Source: an uncultured delta proteobacterium
GTDB lineage: Bacteria > Myxococcota_A > Polyangia > Polyangiales > Polyangiaceae
NCBI GenBank assembly: GCA_963696385.1
Contig: CAVOKF010000007.1
Location: 416,001 to 480,000 of the forward strand
Direction of reading: 5' to 3'
Length of the DNA: 64,000 bases
Below the pieces are notes generated by a model. It saw only the letters and a program-made list of their open reading frames with translations, was not told where the DNA came from and ran no database searches. Positions 53,916-62,728 of this stretch are shown here, piece after piece. Numbering within the stretch: position 1 is the stretch's first letter; each line of letters starts with the position of its first letter. The position numbers were made by a program, and so were the translations under genes.

Positions 53916-55640
53916 CTAGGCGGCGGCACGCGTATCGTCGCCGCCGCCGCTCGGCGAGGCGCCGCGCCGTGCGAGGGTGGCCTTGTAGTTCCAGGGGAGC
54001 CAGTCGCCGGGAGCCTCGGCGACGGCCTTGGAATGGCGTTGCAGCGCGGTGAGGTAATCGAAGGGATTTTGGTGGTGCAGCTCGGCGGTGTGGATGAGGG
54101 TCATATAGATGTCGCCGACGCGCGCACCGAGCTCGCTTCTGTAAAAGAACGACACGTTTCTCAACCGAATCGCCATCTTGAGGACACGCTCGCACAGGTT
54201 ATTGTCGAGCGGGGCTCCCGGAACACGGAGAAAAACCGTGAATTTGTCCCACCGTTTGAGGAAATAGTGGAAGGCCTGCCCGAGGTCGGAGTGGGGCTCG
54301 ATGCGCTTTTCGTCGAGCTGAGCGGTCATCCACTTCTGCAGATCCCCCATGACGGGCGCGCTGAGTCGCTGGTGCACCCGTAATCGCTCGTCGTCCGAGA
54401 GGCCTTGCTTTTTGCAGTCGTGGTCGACCTTGTAAACCGCCGCGAGCCGCTCGAGAAGCGCGAGGCACTCGTCGGGGTAGTTGGCGACCTCGTCGACGAC
54501 CTTGCGTCGCCCGTGGGAGATGCAATTGATCTCGATGACGTCATGGCCGTCGGGGACGTTGCGCGAAAGGGCATCACTCATGAGCAGAGGGACAGGCCGG
54601 TCTGGGGCTCGTTGTTTCAGCAGCTCGGCGAGGTTTTCTCCCGCATGCTTTCGCCCCGTGAAAAATAGCGCGATGACGCCGAGTGACGCGATGATCGAGA
54701 CGATGGCGGTCGTGAACAAGCCTGTGCGCTCGGGGGCCTCGAGTGTTCCTTTCGCGAGCAAGTCGGCGCGGCGCTTGCCCATGAGGCTCAAGATGCGCAT
54801 GTGGCTATCGTCGACGTGCAAGAGCTCGGCCTGGGCGGCGATGCGCTTGAGCTCCTTGTAGACCGGCTCGACCCGATCGACGCGGTCGCGCAGGACATCC
54901 CACTGGGTCGACGCAGGGACGGGCGTACCGAGATTGTCCTGCAGCTTCTCGAGTCGATGGAAGGGAACGCCCGCTCCGTAGTGCATCACGGCGATCATGC
55001 TGCTGGCGGACTCGTCGCACTTTTCTCCCTGGGCCTCGGGCGGCGGACGAGCGGTGAACACGTGGCCGCAGGCGCCGCAGCGAAGCTGCTTGCAGTGAAA
55101 GCAGGCGGCCCCCAGCGGAGCCCGCCCGACGATCCGAACGAGGGTCGCGGGGGCGGCCAGCTCGTAGACACGGCCTTGTGTGCAGAGCGGGCACGAGTCT
55201 CCCCGCCGCAGCGACTCGTGATCCACGGTGACGTGCTGCGCCGCGCGATAGGCGGAGGCGGGCACGCGTCCGTGACCCTTGCGCTTTTCTTTCGTGGGGG
55301 GCGCCGATGGCTCCGGCGCATTCGCCGCGGCCGCGGGGGTGGCGCTGGGATCGCTCGCGGGCGCGTCTTGCGGCTCGACCGCCGGATGGGCCGTCTGCGA
55401 CGCAGGGTTGGCCACGTCGGCCTTGATGTGAGCGGTCTTCTCATTGCCCGTGAGTCCGAAGAGGCGCCGCACCCGCGTCAGCGTGGCGTGGGTCTTGCGC
55501 AGCTCGCGGGTCATCTCGATCACGGTCGTCGCAAGCGCTTCGATGAGGTGGTAGTCGTCGTCACAGACGACCGCCCGGATGCGCTCCAGCATCGGCGGCA
55601 GGTCGTTCAGGTCGACGTCACGGACGGGCGTGCGATCCAC
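53916..55640 (-). CDS. tnpC: IS66 family transposase TnpC
   Basis: KGHGR, Zn finger CPLC/CGACG, LHVDDS, LMSDALSRN, CISHGRRK, PLDNNLCERVLK, NPFDYL..WLPWNY. Confidence 0.92.
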   Translation of the reverse strand: MDRTPVRDVDLNDLPPMLERIRAVVCDDDYHLIEALATTVIEMTRELRKTHATLTRVRRLFGLTGNEKTAHIKADVANPASQTAHPAVEPQDAPASDPSATPAAAANAPEPSAPPTKEKRKGHGRVPASAYRAAQHVTVDHESLRRGDSCPLCTQGRVYELAAPATLVRIVGRAPLGAACFHCKQLRCGACGHVFTARPPPEAQGEKCDESASSMIAVMHYGAGVPFHRLEKLQDNLGTPVPASTQWDVLRDRVDRVEPVYKELKRIAAQAELLHVDDSHMRILSLMGKRRADLLAKGTLEAPERTGLFTTAIVSIIASLGVIALFFTGRKHAGENLAELLKQRAPDRPVPLLMSDALSRNVPDGHDVIEINCISHGRRKVVDEVANYPDECLALLERLAAVYKVDHDCKKQGLSDDERLRVHQRLSAPVMGDLQKWMTAQLDEKRIEPHSDLGQAFHYFLKRWDKFTVFLRVPGAPLDNNLCERVLKMAIRLRNVSFFYRSELGARVGDIYMTLIHTAELHHQNPFDYLTALQRHSKAVAEAPGDWLPWNYKATLARRGASPSGGGDDTRAAA

Positions 55641-55641
55641 G

Positions 55642-56517
55642 TCAGTACCCACCGAGCAGGCGTTTTCGGAAGTCGCCGACCAGCGGATATCCGAACAGCT
55701 GTTTGAGGGAACGATTCGCGGCATGCGTCTGGTCGTCTTTTCCGCGGCCGGTCGTGATGCCCAAAACGGTCCAGTTGGCCGCGCGGTAGCAGGTGCCACG
55801 AAAACGATCCGGATCGACGAACGTTTCGGTGAAGTAGATCGGATGCCGGTAGACTCGCTGCCAGTCGTCCGAAAGCCGGCGCGAAATGGCGCCGAGCAGA
55901 TGCGACGCCAGATGCGGCACCTTCACCCACGGCAAAATCAGAAACCGGCTCTGGTAGGCGACAAACCGAATATGGGCCCTTCGCTGCTCCTTGGACCAGC
56001 CGATGTAGCGATCCCGAGGCCCCAGATGCCGCGCGGCCGACGACCAGCAGAAACACGCGATCGGCTGTCCGGCCGCCGATACCAGGTACTTGAGGTGCTC
56101 GCCGACCGGATGCGTGTACCCCAGATAGTGATGCTGCTGGACCAGCGACTTGACCAGCGACTCCTCGGGCGTGCGTCGAACCTGCCGAATGTCCAGGGGA
56201 CCGAGCTCCGCGAGCGGAACCGCCAGCGGGCGCGCCGGGACATCCACATGATCCACGACCGCGTGCCGACGCGGCTGCTGACTCCGCCATCGCGCCGGCG
56301 GCAGCTCCACGTGGCCTTCCCGGTGCAATCGCAGCATCAGCCCGCGACAGACCGCATCGCACAACGTCCCGTTGGGTTGCGCCCAACCCCACGCCTCACA
56401 AACCTTGAACGACAACGCTCGGCGACTGGTCCCCGGACTCGCGGCGATCAGCTCTCGCAGAAACGCCACGTCGCCGGCGCGCACCTCGCGTCCTCGATAT
56501 CGAAGCAATGCCTCCAT
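55642..56517 (-). CDS. DUF4338 / Druantia DruA-like domain protein
   Basis: YRGR.., SRRALS..VCEAWGW, QHHYLGY..VGEHLKYLV, RDRYIGW, RFLILPWVKVPHLASHLL, ETFVDPDRFRGTCYRAANW..LG.TTGRG. Confidence 0.88.
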   Translation of the reverse strand: MEALLRYRGREVRAGDVAFLRELIAASPGTSRRALSFKVCEAWGWAQPNGTLCDAVCRGLMLRLHREGHVELPPARWRSQQPRRHAVVDHVDVPARPLAVPLAELGPLDIRQVRRTPEESLVKSLVQQHHYLGYTHPVGEHLKYLVSAAGQPIACFCWSSAARHLGPRDRYIGWSKEQRRAHIRFVAYQSRFLILPWVKVPHLASHLLGAISRRLSDDWQRVYRHPIYFTETFVDPDRFRGTCYRAANWTVLGITTGRGKDDQTHAANRSLKQLFGYPLVGDFRKRLLGGY

Positions 56518-56629
56518 GGGCGCGATCCGTATCGCGTCATTTTTTAGAACGCAAGCTCTATTTTACACCCACGCCTCCGCGTCACGACCGCTCACCGCAG
56601 TGTTGCCGCAAGGTCACCTTACGTTGCAG

Positions 56630-57799
56630 CTACGGGACGGGCGCGATGCCCGTGCTGCGCCTCACGGTTGACGAAGCAAAAAAACCGCCGCACTCGTCCT
56701 TGAGGCGGCATGACGCGCACTCATCAAGGTAAAGGTTTTTCCAGTCCGAGATGCTCTTTCGTGCAAATCGGTGAAGGACCATGGGGAGCACGCAGAGCTG
56801 GTGGTTGTAAATGGAGACCTTGAATCCCGCCCGGTCCAGACTTCGGGTGGCATCGACAAGTTGGCGCTGGTACTCGACGGGATCGACCCACAACGCATCT
56901 GCATTCGTCTTGGCAAACCCGGTGAGTTCGAGGCCCATGAGGGCCACATGATCGGCGAACAGAAGATTCCGCGCCAGAAATTCAGCGAACGCAGGGAGGC
57001 GCGCATACGTGTCGCGGTGAATGACAAAGCGAATCTCAACGCGGACGCGGCGGCGTTTGAGATTCAGAATGCCGCGGACAGTTTCGTCAAACGCGCCCTT
57101 GGCTTGCACGACGTAGTCGTGCTCCTCGGGTAAGTCCGAGTACAGCGGAATCCCGATCATTAGGTCCGGGTGCCCCACGTCGGCCAAGGAGCGTGCGAAC
57201 CCAGCGTCCGAAAAGCGGCGGCCGTTGGAGAGGACGTGCACTGCCGTTCGAGGAAGCATGCGCTTCATCAGATCGAGAAGCTGCACGAGGTGGTCCCCCA
57301 GCAGGGCAGGCTCGCCGCCGCTGAATCCGATCTCCTTGGTGTCCGGCGAGACCAGCGGAATCACGCTTTTCAACTCATGGATGCGCCAGAGGTCATCTCC
57401 GGACCTCGGCGGCTGCGAGCACATCACACAATAATTGTCGCACCGCTCTGTCAGCAAAAAGGTATTGGAGTTCGAAGCAAGTCGATAGAGCGTCGTGAGG
57501 TTGCGGCGGGCCGGCTCGACTCGTACCACGTCACCGTGAGCCAAATACCGCAGTTCTGGCGCAAGAACGTAGCTGTCCCGGCGGTCCGCGCCCTGCATTT
57601 CATGGTGGAGCAGGTATCCACGAAAGCCCGTTGGCAAAACAGCGACTGGCTCCCTGACGAGCAGAATCTCGGTCTCTCGTTCGACACGTGAGGACTCGGG
57701 CTGATCGCAGATCCGACCGACGAAGGAGTAGGCCGACACGTCCGCAAGGGGACGCAAGCCGCGCACTGAAAGCTTCAAAAGCATCGCATTCAGATCCAT
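56630..57799 (-). CDS. hxsC: His-Xaa-Ser system radical SAM maturase HxsC
   Basis: NTFLLTERCDNYCVMCSQPP, FSGGEP, HDYVVQAKGAFDET, VALMGLE.TGFA, ARKSISDWKN.Y..C..C...CGGFF. Start at 57799 or 57784. Confidence 0.93.
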   Translation of the reverse strand: MDLNAMLLKLSVRGLRPLADVSAYSFVGRICDQPESSRVERETEILLVREPVAVLPTGFRGYLLHHEMQGADRRDSYVLAPELRYLAHGDVVRVEPARRNLTTLYRLASNSNTFLLTERCDNYCVMCSQPPRSGDDLWRIHELKSVIPLVSPDTKEIGFSGGEPALLGDHLVQLLDLMKRMLPRTAVHVLSNGRRFSDAGFARSLADVGHPDLMIGIPLYSDLPEEHDYVVQAKGAFDETVRGILNLKRRRVRVEIRFVIHRDTYARLPAFAEFLARNLLFADHVALMGLELTGFAKTNADALWVDPVEYQRQLVDATRSLDRAGFKVSIYNHQLCVLPMVLHRFARKSISDWKNLYLDECASCRLKDECGGFFASSTVRRSTGIAPVP

Positions 57800-59247
57800 C
57801 CGAGAAGGGTCTGTCGCACCGCGGAGTCGCCCTCAAGAAGCCCAATCACATGGCGTAGCGCCGCCATCTGTTTGGTGCAGAAATCGCTGAACGCTTTGTG
57901 CCCGACTGGGTCACCTTGTGTGACCATGTGAAACACGGGGTCGGCGCCGCAGTACGGCAAAAACGGGCAGTCATTGCACATAGGCGCTCCCTCCGGCATC
58001 GATTCGTCCAAGACAGAGAGGAGGCTATCGGACGTCAACATCGTCTCGTAGCTGTCCGTATCGAGATGGCCGAGCCGGAACGACCGGTCCCCCATCTCAG
58101 CGAGCATGCGACCCTCATCCGAGGCATACACCGAGCCATCGTAGTTGTAGACTATCGCGCCGATCGCAATTCCAGCGGGGGACTGAAGATCGACGTACCG
58201 CGATCCCGTTGGCGAGAGAAGTTTTTGCAGAAGGATCGATGTAAACTCCTCTCGGAGTTGATAGCCGGCCGCGTTGATCCTGAGGATGTGGTCAAGGCCG
58301 CGCTTGAAAAAAGCGATCCAGTCCTCAATGGTACAGCGCCGGAGGAGCCTCGTGCGCGCCGCAAACCCGTAGGGACTCAGGTTCCGCAAGAAAATGCTGT
58401 GGAAGCCTTGTCGAACGTATTCATCGATAATCTCTTCTGGTCGCATGAGGCTCGCAGGCGTTGTCGTCATGAGTGCGGAGACGCACTCGGCACCGAGCGA
58501 TTCTCGTGCGCGACGGATGCTCTCGATCGTCGTCTGATGGCTGTGACCTCCCCGCTTCGGTCGCTGTGCATCGTGGATCTCCTCGGGACCGTCGAGAGAA
58601 GTCGATAGGTGGACTTCATTCAGCTTGCAGAAGGCAAGTACATCGTCGGAGAGCCTCGAGAGGTTGGAGGCGATGACAAATCGGAGGTCCCTGCCATGCG
58701 CCCCGTTTAGCAGTCTGGCGCGCTCGACGATGTGTCGGATCAGATCGAAGTTCAAGAGTGGCTCACCCCCCTGAAACTCGATCTTGAGGTGTTTGGATGG
58801 GCTTCGAAATGTGAGTTCGAGCGCCGCATCGGCGTGCGCCTGGGTCATGTCAAACTGGAGCCGATCCTCGGTTTGGCGAGAAACCTGGCAGTAGTGACAG
58901 GAGTGGTCGCAACGCAGGGTTACGACAAAGATATGCAAGCCCGTAAACGACGCGACGTCCTCCGCGCGCGTGCGGTACTTTAGCGCCAGAAGGTCAAGGG
59001 CGACTCGAGACCCATCGTCGAACAGAAAATGGCGTGCCTTGAGCGCCTTGTAGACATCGTGCCCCGGATCGAGCCGATGCTCGATGAAGGCGACGAGGTC
59101 GTCGCGGCTGAGTAGCACGTACTCGCCGACATCGTTCGTGACGATGTATCGCTGGTCATCGATAGGCCCAAATCGGAACGGAAGCAGTCGATACCCAGCG
59201 GCCGGCCGATACGCTGCACGGTCACGAAAGGCAGGGCCGAGAGTCAT
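57790..59247 (-). CDS. hxsB: His-Xaa-Ser system radical SAM/SPASM maturase HxsB
   Basis: YRLLPFRF, LHIFVVTLRCDHSCHYCQVS, KIEFQGGEPLLNF, YVDLQSPAG, YASDEGRML, CNDCPFLPYCGADP. Confidence 0.94.
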   Translation of the reverse strand: MTLGPAFRDRAAYRPAAGYRLLPFRFGPIDDQRYIVTNDVGEYVLLSRDDLVAFIEHRLDPGHDVYKALKARHFLFDDGSRVALDLLALKYRTRAEDVASFTGLHIFVVTLRCDHSCHYCQVSRQTEDRLQFDMTQAHADAALELTFRSPSKHLKIEFQGGEPLLNFDLIRHIVERARLLNGAHGRDLRFVIASNLSRLSDDVLAFCKLNEVHLSTSLDGPEEIHDAQRPKRGGHSHQTTIESIRRARESLGAECVSALMTTTPASLMRPEEIIDEYVRQGFHSIFLRNLSPYGFAARTRLLRRCTIEDWIAFFKRGLDHILRINAAGYQLREEFTSILLQKLLSPTGSRYVDLQSPAGIAIGAIVYNYDGSVYASDEGRMLAEMGDRSFRLGHLDTDSYETMLTSDSLLSVLDESMPEGAPMCNDCPFLPYCGADPVFHMVTQGDPVGHKAFSDFCTKQMAALRHVIGLLEGDSAVRQTLLGWI

Positions 59248-59609
59248 TGGCGCCGAATGAGGTCGGTTTTTGAGAAAGCATGAGCCAGAAGGAGCGCACG
59301 CAGCGCCCTCGTCTCTTCAGCGATCTGCTCTCGCAACTCCTGGTCGAGCAGATCCTGGAAGAACAGGCGGACGACGTCGAGCGCCTCGTTATTGTTGGTT
59401 GCGCGTGGGAAGAGAAACGTGATCGGCAGCGAGGCGATGTCTACGCTGCCTAGGACGACCGTGCACTTCCCGGCGAGCTTGTATGCCGCCTTCTGCACCG
59501 CGGACAATCGATAGCAGCGCAAGTCGACCTCGGCCCGTACGAATCCGTCTTGAAACTGGAGAGGTTCGCTGCTGCCACTCCGTGTTTTCGCATCCGCGTC
59601 GGTCGGCAT
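59244..59609 (-). CDS. hxsD: His-Xaa-Ser system protein HxsD
   Basis: VDLRCYRLSAVQKAAY, FFQDLLDQELREQIAEET..LR.LLLAHAFS. ATGA overlap with hxsB. Confidence 0.88.
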   Translation of the reverse strand: MPTDADAKTRSGSSEPLQFQDGFVRAEVDLRCYRLSAVQKAAYKLAGKCTVVLGSVDIASLPITFLFPRATNNNEALDVVRLFFQDLLDQELREQIAEETRALRALLLAHAFSKTDLIRRQ

Positions 59610-59626
59610 GGGGCGATTCCGATCTA

Positions 59627-60163
59627 CTACCAGTCGATCTCGACGACGCCAGTTTGCCCCTCGCTGAGGTCGACGGTCCTGGCCTCGACGCCCACGAACC
59701 GGTTCTCCACGCGGATGACATGCGAGCCAGACTTGAGCGTGAGCGTACCACTGGCGTCCTGACCAACGAATTGACCGTCGACGAATATGCGACCGCCCGG
59801 GTACGCGACGAACGACACCGTCGCGGGCTTCGCGGGTGGCGGTGGCGGGGGAGGCGGGACCGGGGGTGGCGGGGCCGGCGCGGGACTCGGTTCGTATCCA
59901 CCTCCGCCACCTCCGCCACCTCCTCCGGACGAATGGCTGCGATGCGACGAATGCGAGCTGTGGGAGCTGTGGGCCAGGTAGCCGGCTGCCTGGTCGGACG
60001 GCACGAGCAACAGCGGTGGGTCCGTCTCGCCGTCCTCGTTCCGGCGCCGGGCGACCTGAGCCGCTGCTTCGGGGATCAAGAGATCGGACGAGGCGGCAGC
60101 CCCGAGCAGCGCGAGTACCGCCGCGCCGAGCGAGGTAAGCTGAGTCGCCCCCGGCTTGCGCAC
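59627..60163 (-). CDS. hxsA: His-Xaa-Ser repeat precursor HxsA with C-terminal PEGA-like domain
   Basis: Signal-like N-terminus, LLLVP..YLA-HSSHSSHSSHRSHSS, Gly10/Pro-rich linker, GRIFVDGQFVG..LTLKSGSHVIRVEN. Confidence 0.9.
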   Translation of the reverse strand: MRKPGATQLTSLGAAVLALLGAAASSDLLIPEAAAQVARRRNEDGETDPPLLLVPSDQAAGYLAHSSHSSHSSHRSHSSGGGGGGGGGGYEPSPAPAPPPPVPPPPPPPPAKPATVSFVAYPGGRIFVDGQFVGQDASGTLTLKSGSHVIRVENRFVGVEARTVDLSEGQTGVVEIDW

Positions 60164-60369
60164 AGCTTACGATCGACGGCTCGGAGGGCGACGTCAAGAG
60201 TGGTCCGGTGGACCGTTGATCATTCAGTTCGAGCGCTGCCGGCACGGCGCCCCGAAACAACGCCCCAATGGCGACAGTCCTTTCGGTGCGGTGTGCTTGC
60301 TCCTTGCGGACCGACCTTCCGCTACGCGATGATGATTGTTGCGTTTAATCCTCTCGCGGAGGGAGCCTC

Positions 60370-62676
60370 GTGACCGATTCGAGTCCGTCTGCAGCGACTT
60401 GCCCGTCGTGCGGAGATCCCGCGTCTGTCGAGGCGGCAACTTGCCCATACTGCCACGCTCCGCTTGTGTGGGGTGACTCGGCACCGAAGATCCCGAACCG
60501 AAGCGTAAGAGAGGCTGCAGCGTCCTGGGCCAAGTCTGTCTTCGGGGCGCCCTGGGACTTCGCCAACTTGATTCGCAGCGTGCAAGTGCGGGACGAAGTC
60601 CTGGAGCGGCTCCTCACCGTCATCGTTCGCCGAGAACTGCGGGAGCAGCGGATTCCCACGAATCAGCGAAGAAGCTCGGCGGTTCGTCTCGACCGTAGCA
60701 CGGTGGATCCGTTCGCCATTGCCGCGGACGCGCTGCGCGCCAGCAGCGAGTACGTGACAGCCTGCGCGGGCTGCGGCGGAGCGGGCTCAGCGTCGTGTGA
60801 ACAGTGTCGAGGTGGCGGTCGCGCCGCCTGCCGTAACTGCAATGGGAGTGGCCGGGAGCGCAAGTACTACAAGAAGAGCAGTCGCTTGGTGAAGTGCGGT
60901 GTTTGTCGTGGTGGCGGCACCGTTGCTTGCGGGACGTGCGAAGGTCGTGGCGCCGTGACTTGCCAGGGTTGCACGGGGAGTGGTCACCAGCTCGCGTGGC
61001 TCGCTTATGACGAAACTTCTCGCTGCGACGTCACGGTCGTGCCCAATAGCCCGATTGTCGCCGCACACCCACAGCTCAGGAAGCCTCGGGCTCTCGCGGC
61101 GAGCGAGCTTTCGGGGTTCGGGATACTCGCTTCGATCGATGCGCGAGGGCCGGTGCGGGTCGACGGGAGGGATGGCGTCCACTCGCCGCTCCTGCGAGAG
61201 CAGGCGTCCTCGCTCGATCGGCGGTTGGAGCGAATCAACTTCCAACAATACCTGAGACTTGCGGTCATCCGACGCGACGCGATGTACGAAATGTGCGGGA
61301 CTTTGGGCGTCCTTGTTCTTTCGGGTGGCGATCTCCTCGGAGCACGAACGCCCGCGGCACTGCGACCGATTCAACGGCGGCTCTATCTCTGGCTGGCCTC
61401 GGCTATTGGCGCGGCCGTGGCTGCCCGCGCTCTTACGGCTGCTCTACTCGGACCCACCGCGTATTTCGCACGGACTAATGGCGTGGTGGTCGTCGCGTCC
61501 TGGACGGGAGCGGCACTGGCTCTCGTGTTCCTAGGCGCCGCTCTTCGTGCGCTTCGGCCCGGCTTCAAGGTGGGAAGGCTGTCGGTCTTCGAGAGGATTT
61601 CGGGACTGGGTGCGGTAAGCGCTGTATGCATCGCTGCCGTTGCCGCCCTCGCCGGGCGACCGCGGGTTGGCGAAGTTCAGCAGGTGCTGTCTGCCGGAAA
61701 TATCCGACAGGCCAAGATGATCGTCGAGGCTCTCGTGGCCACGAAGGGGGAAACCACGGAGGTTCGTGAAGCAGAAGACGCCGTCACGCTCGCCGATGCA
61801 GAGAATCTGTCCGGCGAGCAGAAGCTCAAGGCGTTCGCGCAAGTAGCGTCAAGGGGGGGAAGCCGGGCGGGACAGGCGGCGCAGGCGGCGCGCACGGCGC
61901 AGCTGCGGGAGATTCAGCAGGCTATCGACGGACGGAACCCCGTCGACGCTGTCGCGAACATCGATCGCTGGTTTCCAAACTGGAAGTCCGATCCGCAGGT
62001 GTCGGCCAAACGCGCTTTGGCCGATGACGTGGCGTACTCGTTATGCGCAGACGCGCCGTGCCGGTTCGTCAGTGCCACTGGGGCGGACAGCGCGTGGAGT
62101 ACCCCCGAGCGGGCGGCACGAGCCAAAGCTTCACGGGAAGAAATCATGTCGAGCCTGTCATTCTCCGAGGTTCCGGGCGAATCACAGCTGGGTCGCCTTC
62201 AGCGGCTGCGCTCGTTCATCACGGTCGCGACCCAGCCTGCGATTCTGGCAAGTGGCGATGCCGAGATCGCCGTAAAAGCCAAGGCCGCAAGCGAATGGGC
62301 AAGCAGCGAGCGTGCGAGGGTGGCGCTCCTGAACGCCGATGAGCCCGTCGCATCTGAGCTACTGCAAGCGTCGTTCACTGAACGGGAAGCCAAGATCGCG
62401 ACGGCTACGGTCGACGGAATAGCCGTCTCCTTGTCGCTCGATATTCAGAAGAAGTGTCGCGGGATCTACATGGTCGGCGCAACGCCAGGAGCGCGTCAGC
62501 TCGATGCAAACGCTGAGGCCACCCACTTGCTGTCCCAGGCCGTTGGGCACCCGGCAGTCGTAAAGCCCGTCAGTAACGGTGTGACGTCGCGCTGGTCGGA
62601 GGGTGCGATCCCCGTGCTTGCGCGTTGGAAAGACGGAAGTCTCGTGGAGCTGAGGGTCGGGGACGCGACGCCCTAG
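60370..62676 (+). CDS. Large membrane protein with N-terminal zinc ribbon and six CxxCxGxG (DnaJ-type) zinc-finger repeats
   Basis: CPSCG..CPYC; CAGCGGAG, CEQCRGGG, CRNCNGSG, CGVCRGGG, CGTCEGRG, CQGCTGSG; three hydrophobic helices. GGAGGGAG RBS. Confidence 0.8.
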   Translation: MTDSSPSAATCPSCGDPASVEAATCPYCHAPLVWGDSAPKIPNRSVREAAASWAKSVFGAPWDFANLIRSVQVRDEVLERLLTVIVRRELREQRIPTNQRRSSAVRLDRSTVDPFAIAADALRASSEYVTACAGCGGAGSASCEQCRGGGRAACRNCNGSGRERKYYKKSSRLVKCGVCRGGGTVACGTCEGRGAVTCQGCTGSGHQLAWLAYDETSRCDVTVVPNSPIVAAHPQLRKPRALAASELSGFGILASIDARGPVRVDGRDGVHSPLLREQASSLDRRLERINFQQYLRLAVIRRDAMYEMCGTLGVLVLSGGDLLGARTPAALRPIQRRLYLWLASAIGAAVAARALTAALLGPTAYFARTNGVVVVASWTGAALALVFLGAALRALRPGFKVGRLSVFERISGLGAVSAVCIAAVAALAGRPRVGEVQQVLSAGNIRQAKMIVEALVATKGETTEVREAEDAVTLADAENLSGEQKLKAFAQVASRGGSRAGQAAQAARTAQLREIQQAIDGRNPVDAVANIDRWFPNWKSDPQVSAKRALADDVAYSLCADAPCRFVSATGADSAWSTPERAARAKASREEIMSSLSFSEVPGESQLGRLQRLRSFITVATQPAILASGDAEIAVKAKAASEWASSERARVALLNADEPVASELLQASFTEREAKIATATVDGIAVSLSLDIQKKCRGIYMVGATPGARQLDANAEATHLLSQAVGHPAVVKPVSNGVTSRWSEGAIPVLARWKDGSLVELRVGDATP

Positions 62677-62728
62677 CCCCTGAGCCTGTAGGGTGTAATC
62701 ACTGACGTAGTGGTTTCGTCGGTGCGGA

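Larger units (their letters stand above)
52946..56617. mobile_element. IS66-family element with convergent gene layout and a DUF4338 passenger
   Basis: IRs GTG(T/A)CCTTGCGGCA-N3-CTGCGG. Perfect 8-bp TSD CTTACGTT at 52938-52945 and 56618-56625. Confidence 0.9.

Noticed and set aside
55642..56517. Calling a Druantia anti-phage system
   Set aside because: Only a DUF4338/DruA-like gene is present, inside an IS. No DruE helicase or other dru genes in the window.
62677..62728. GAGCCTGTAGGGTGTAATC as another IS end
   Set aside because: No matching inverted repeat or transposase found in the window.
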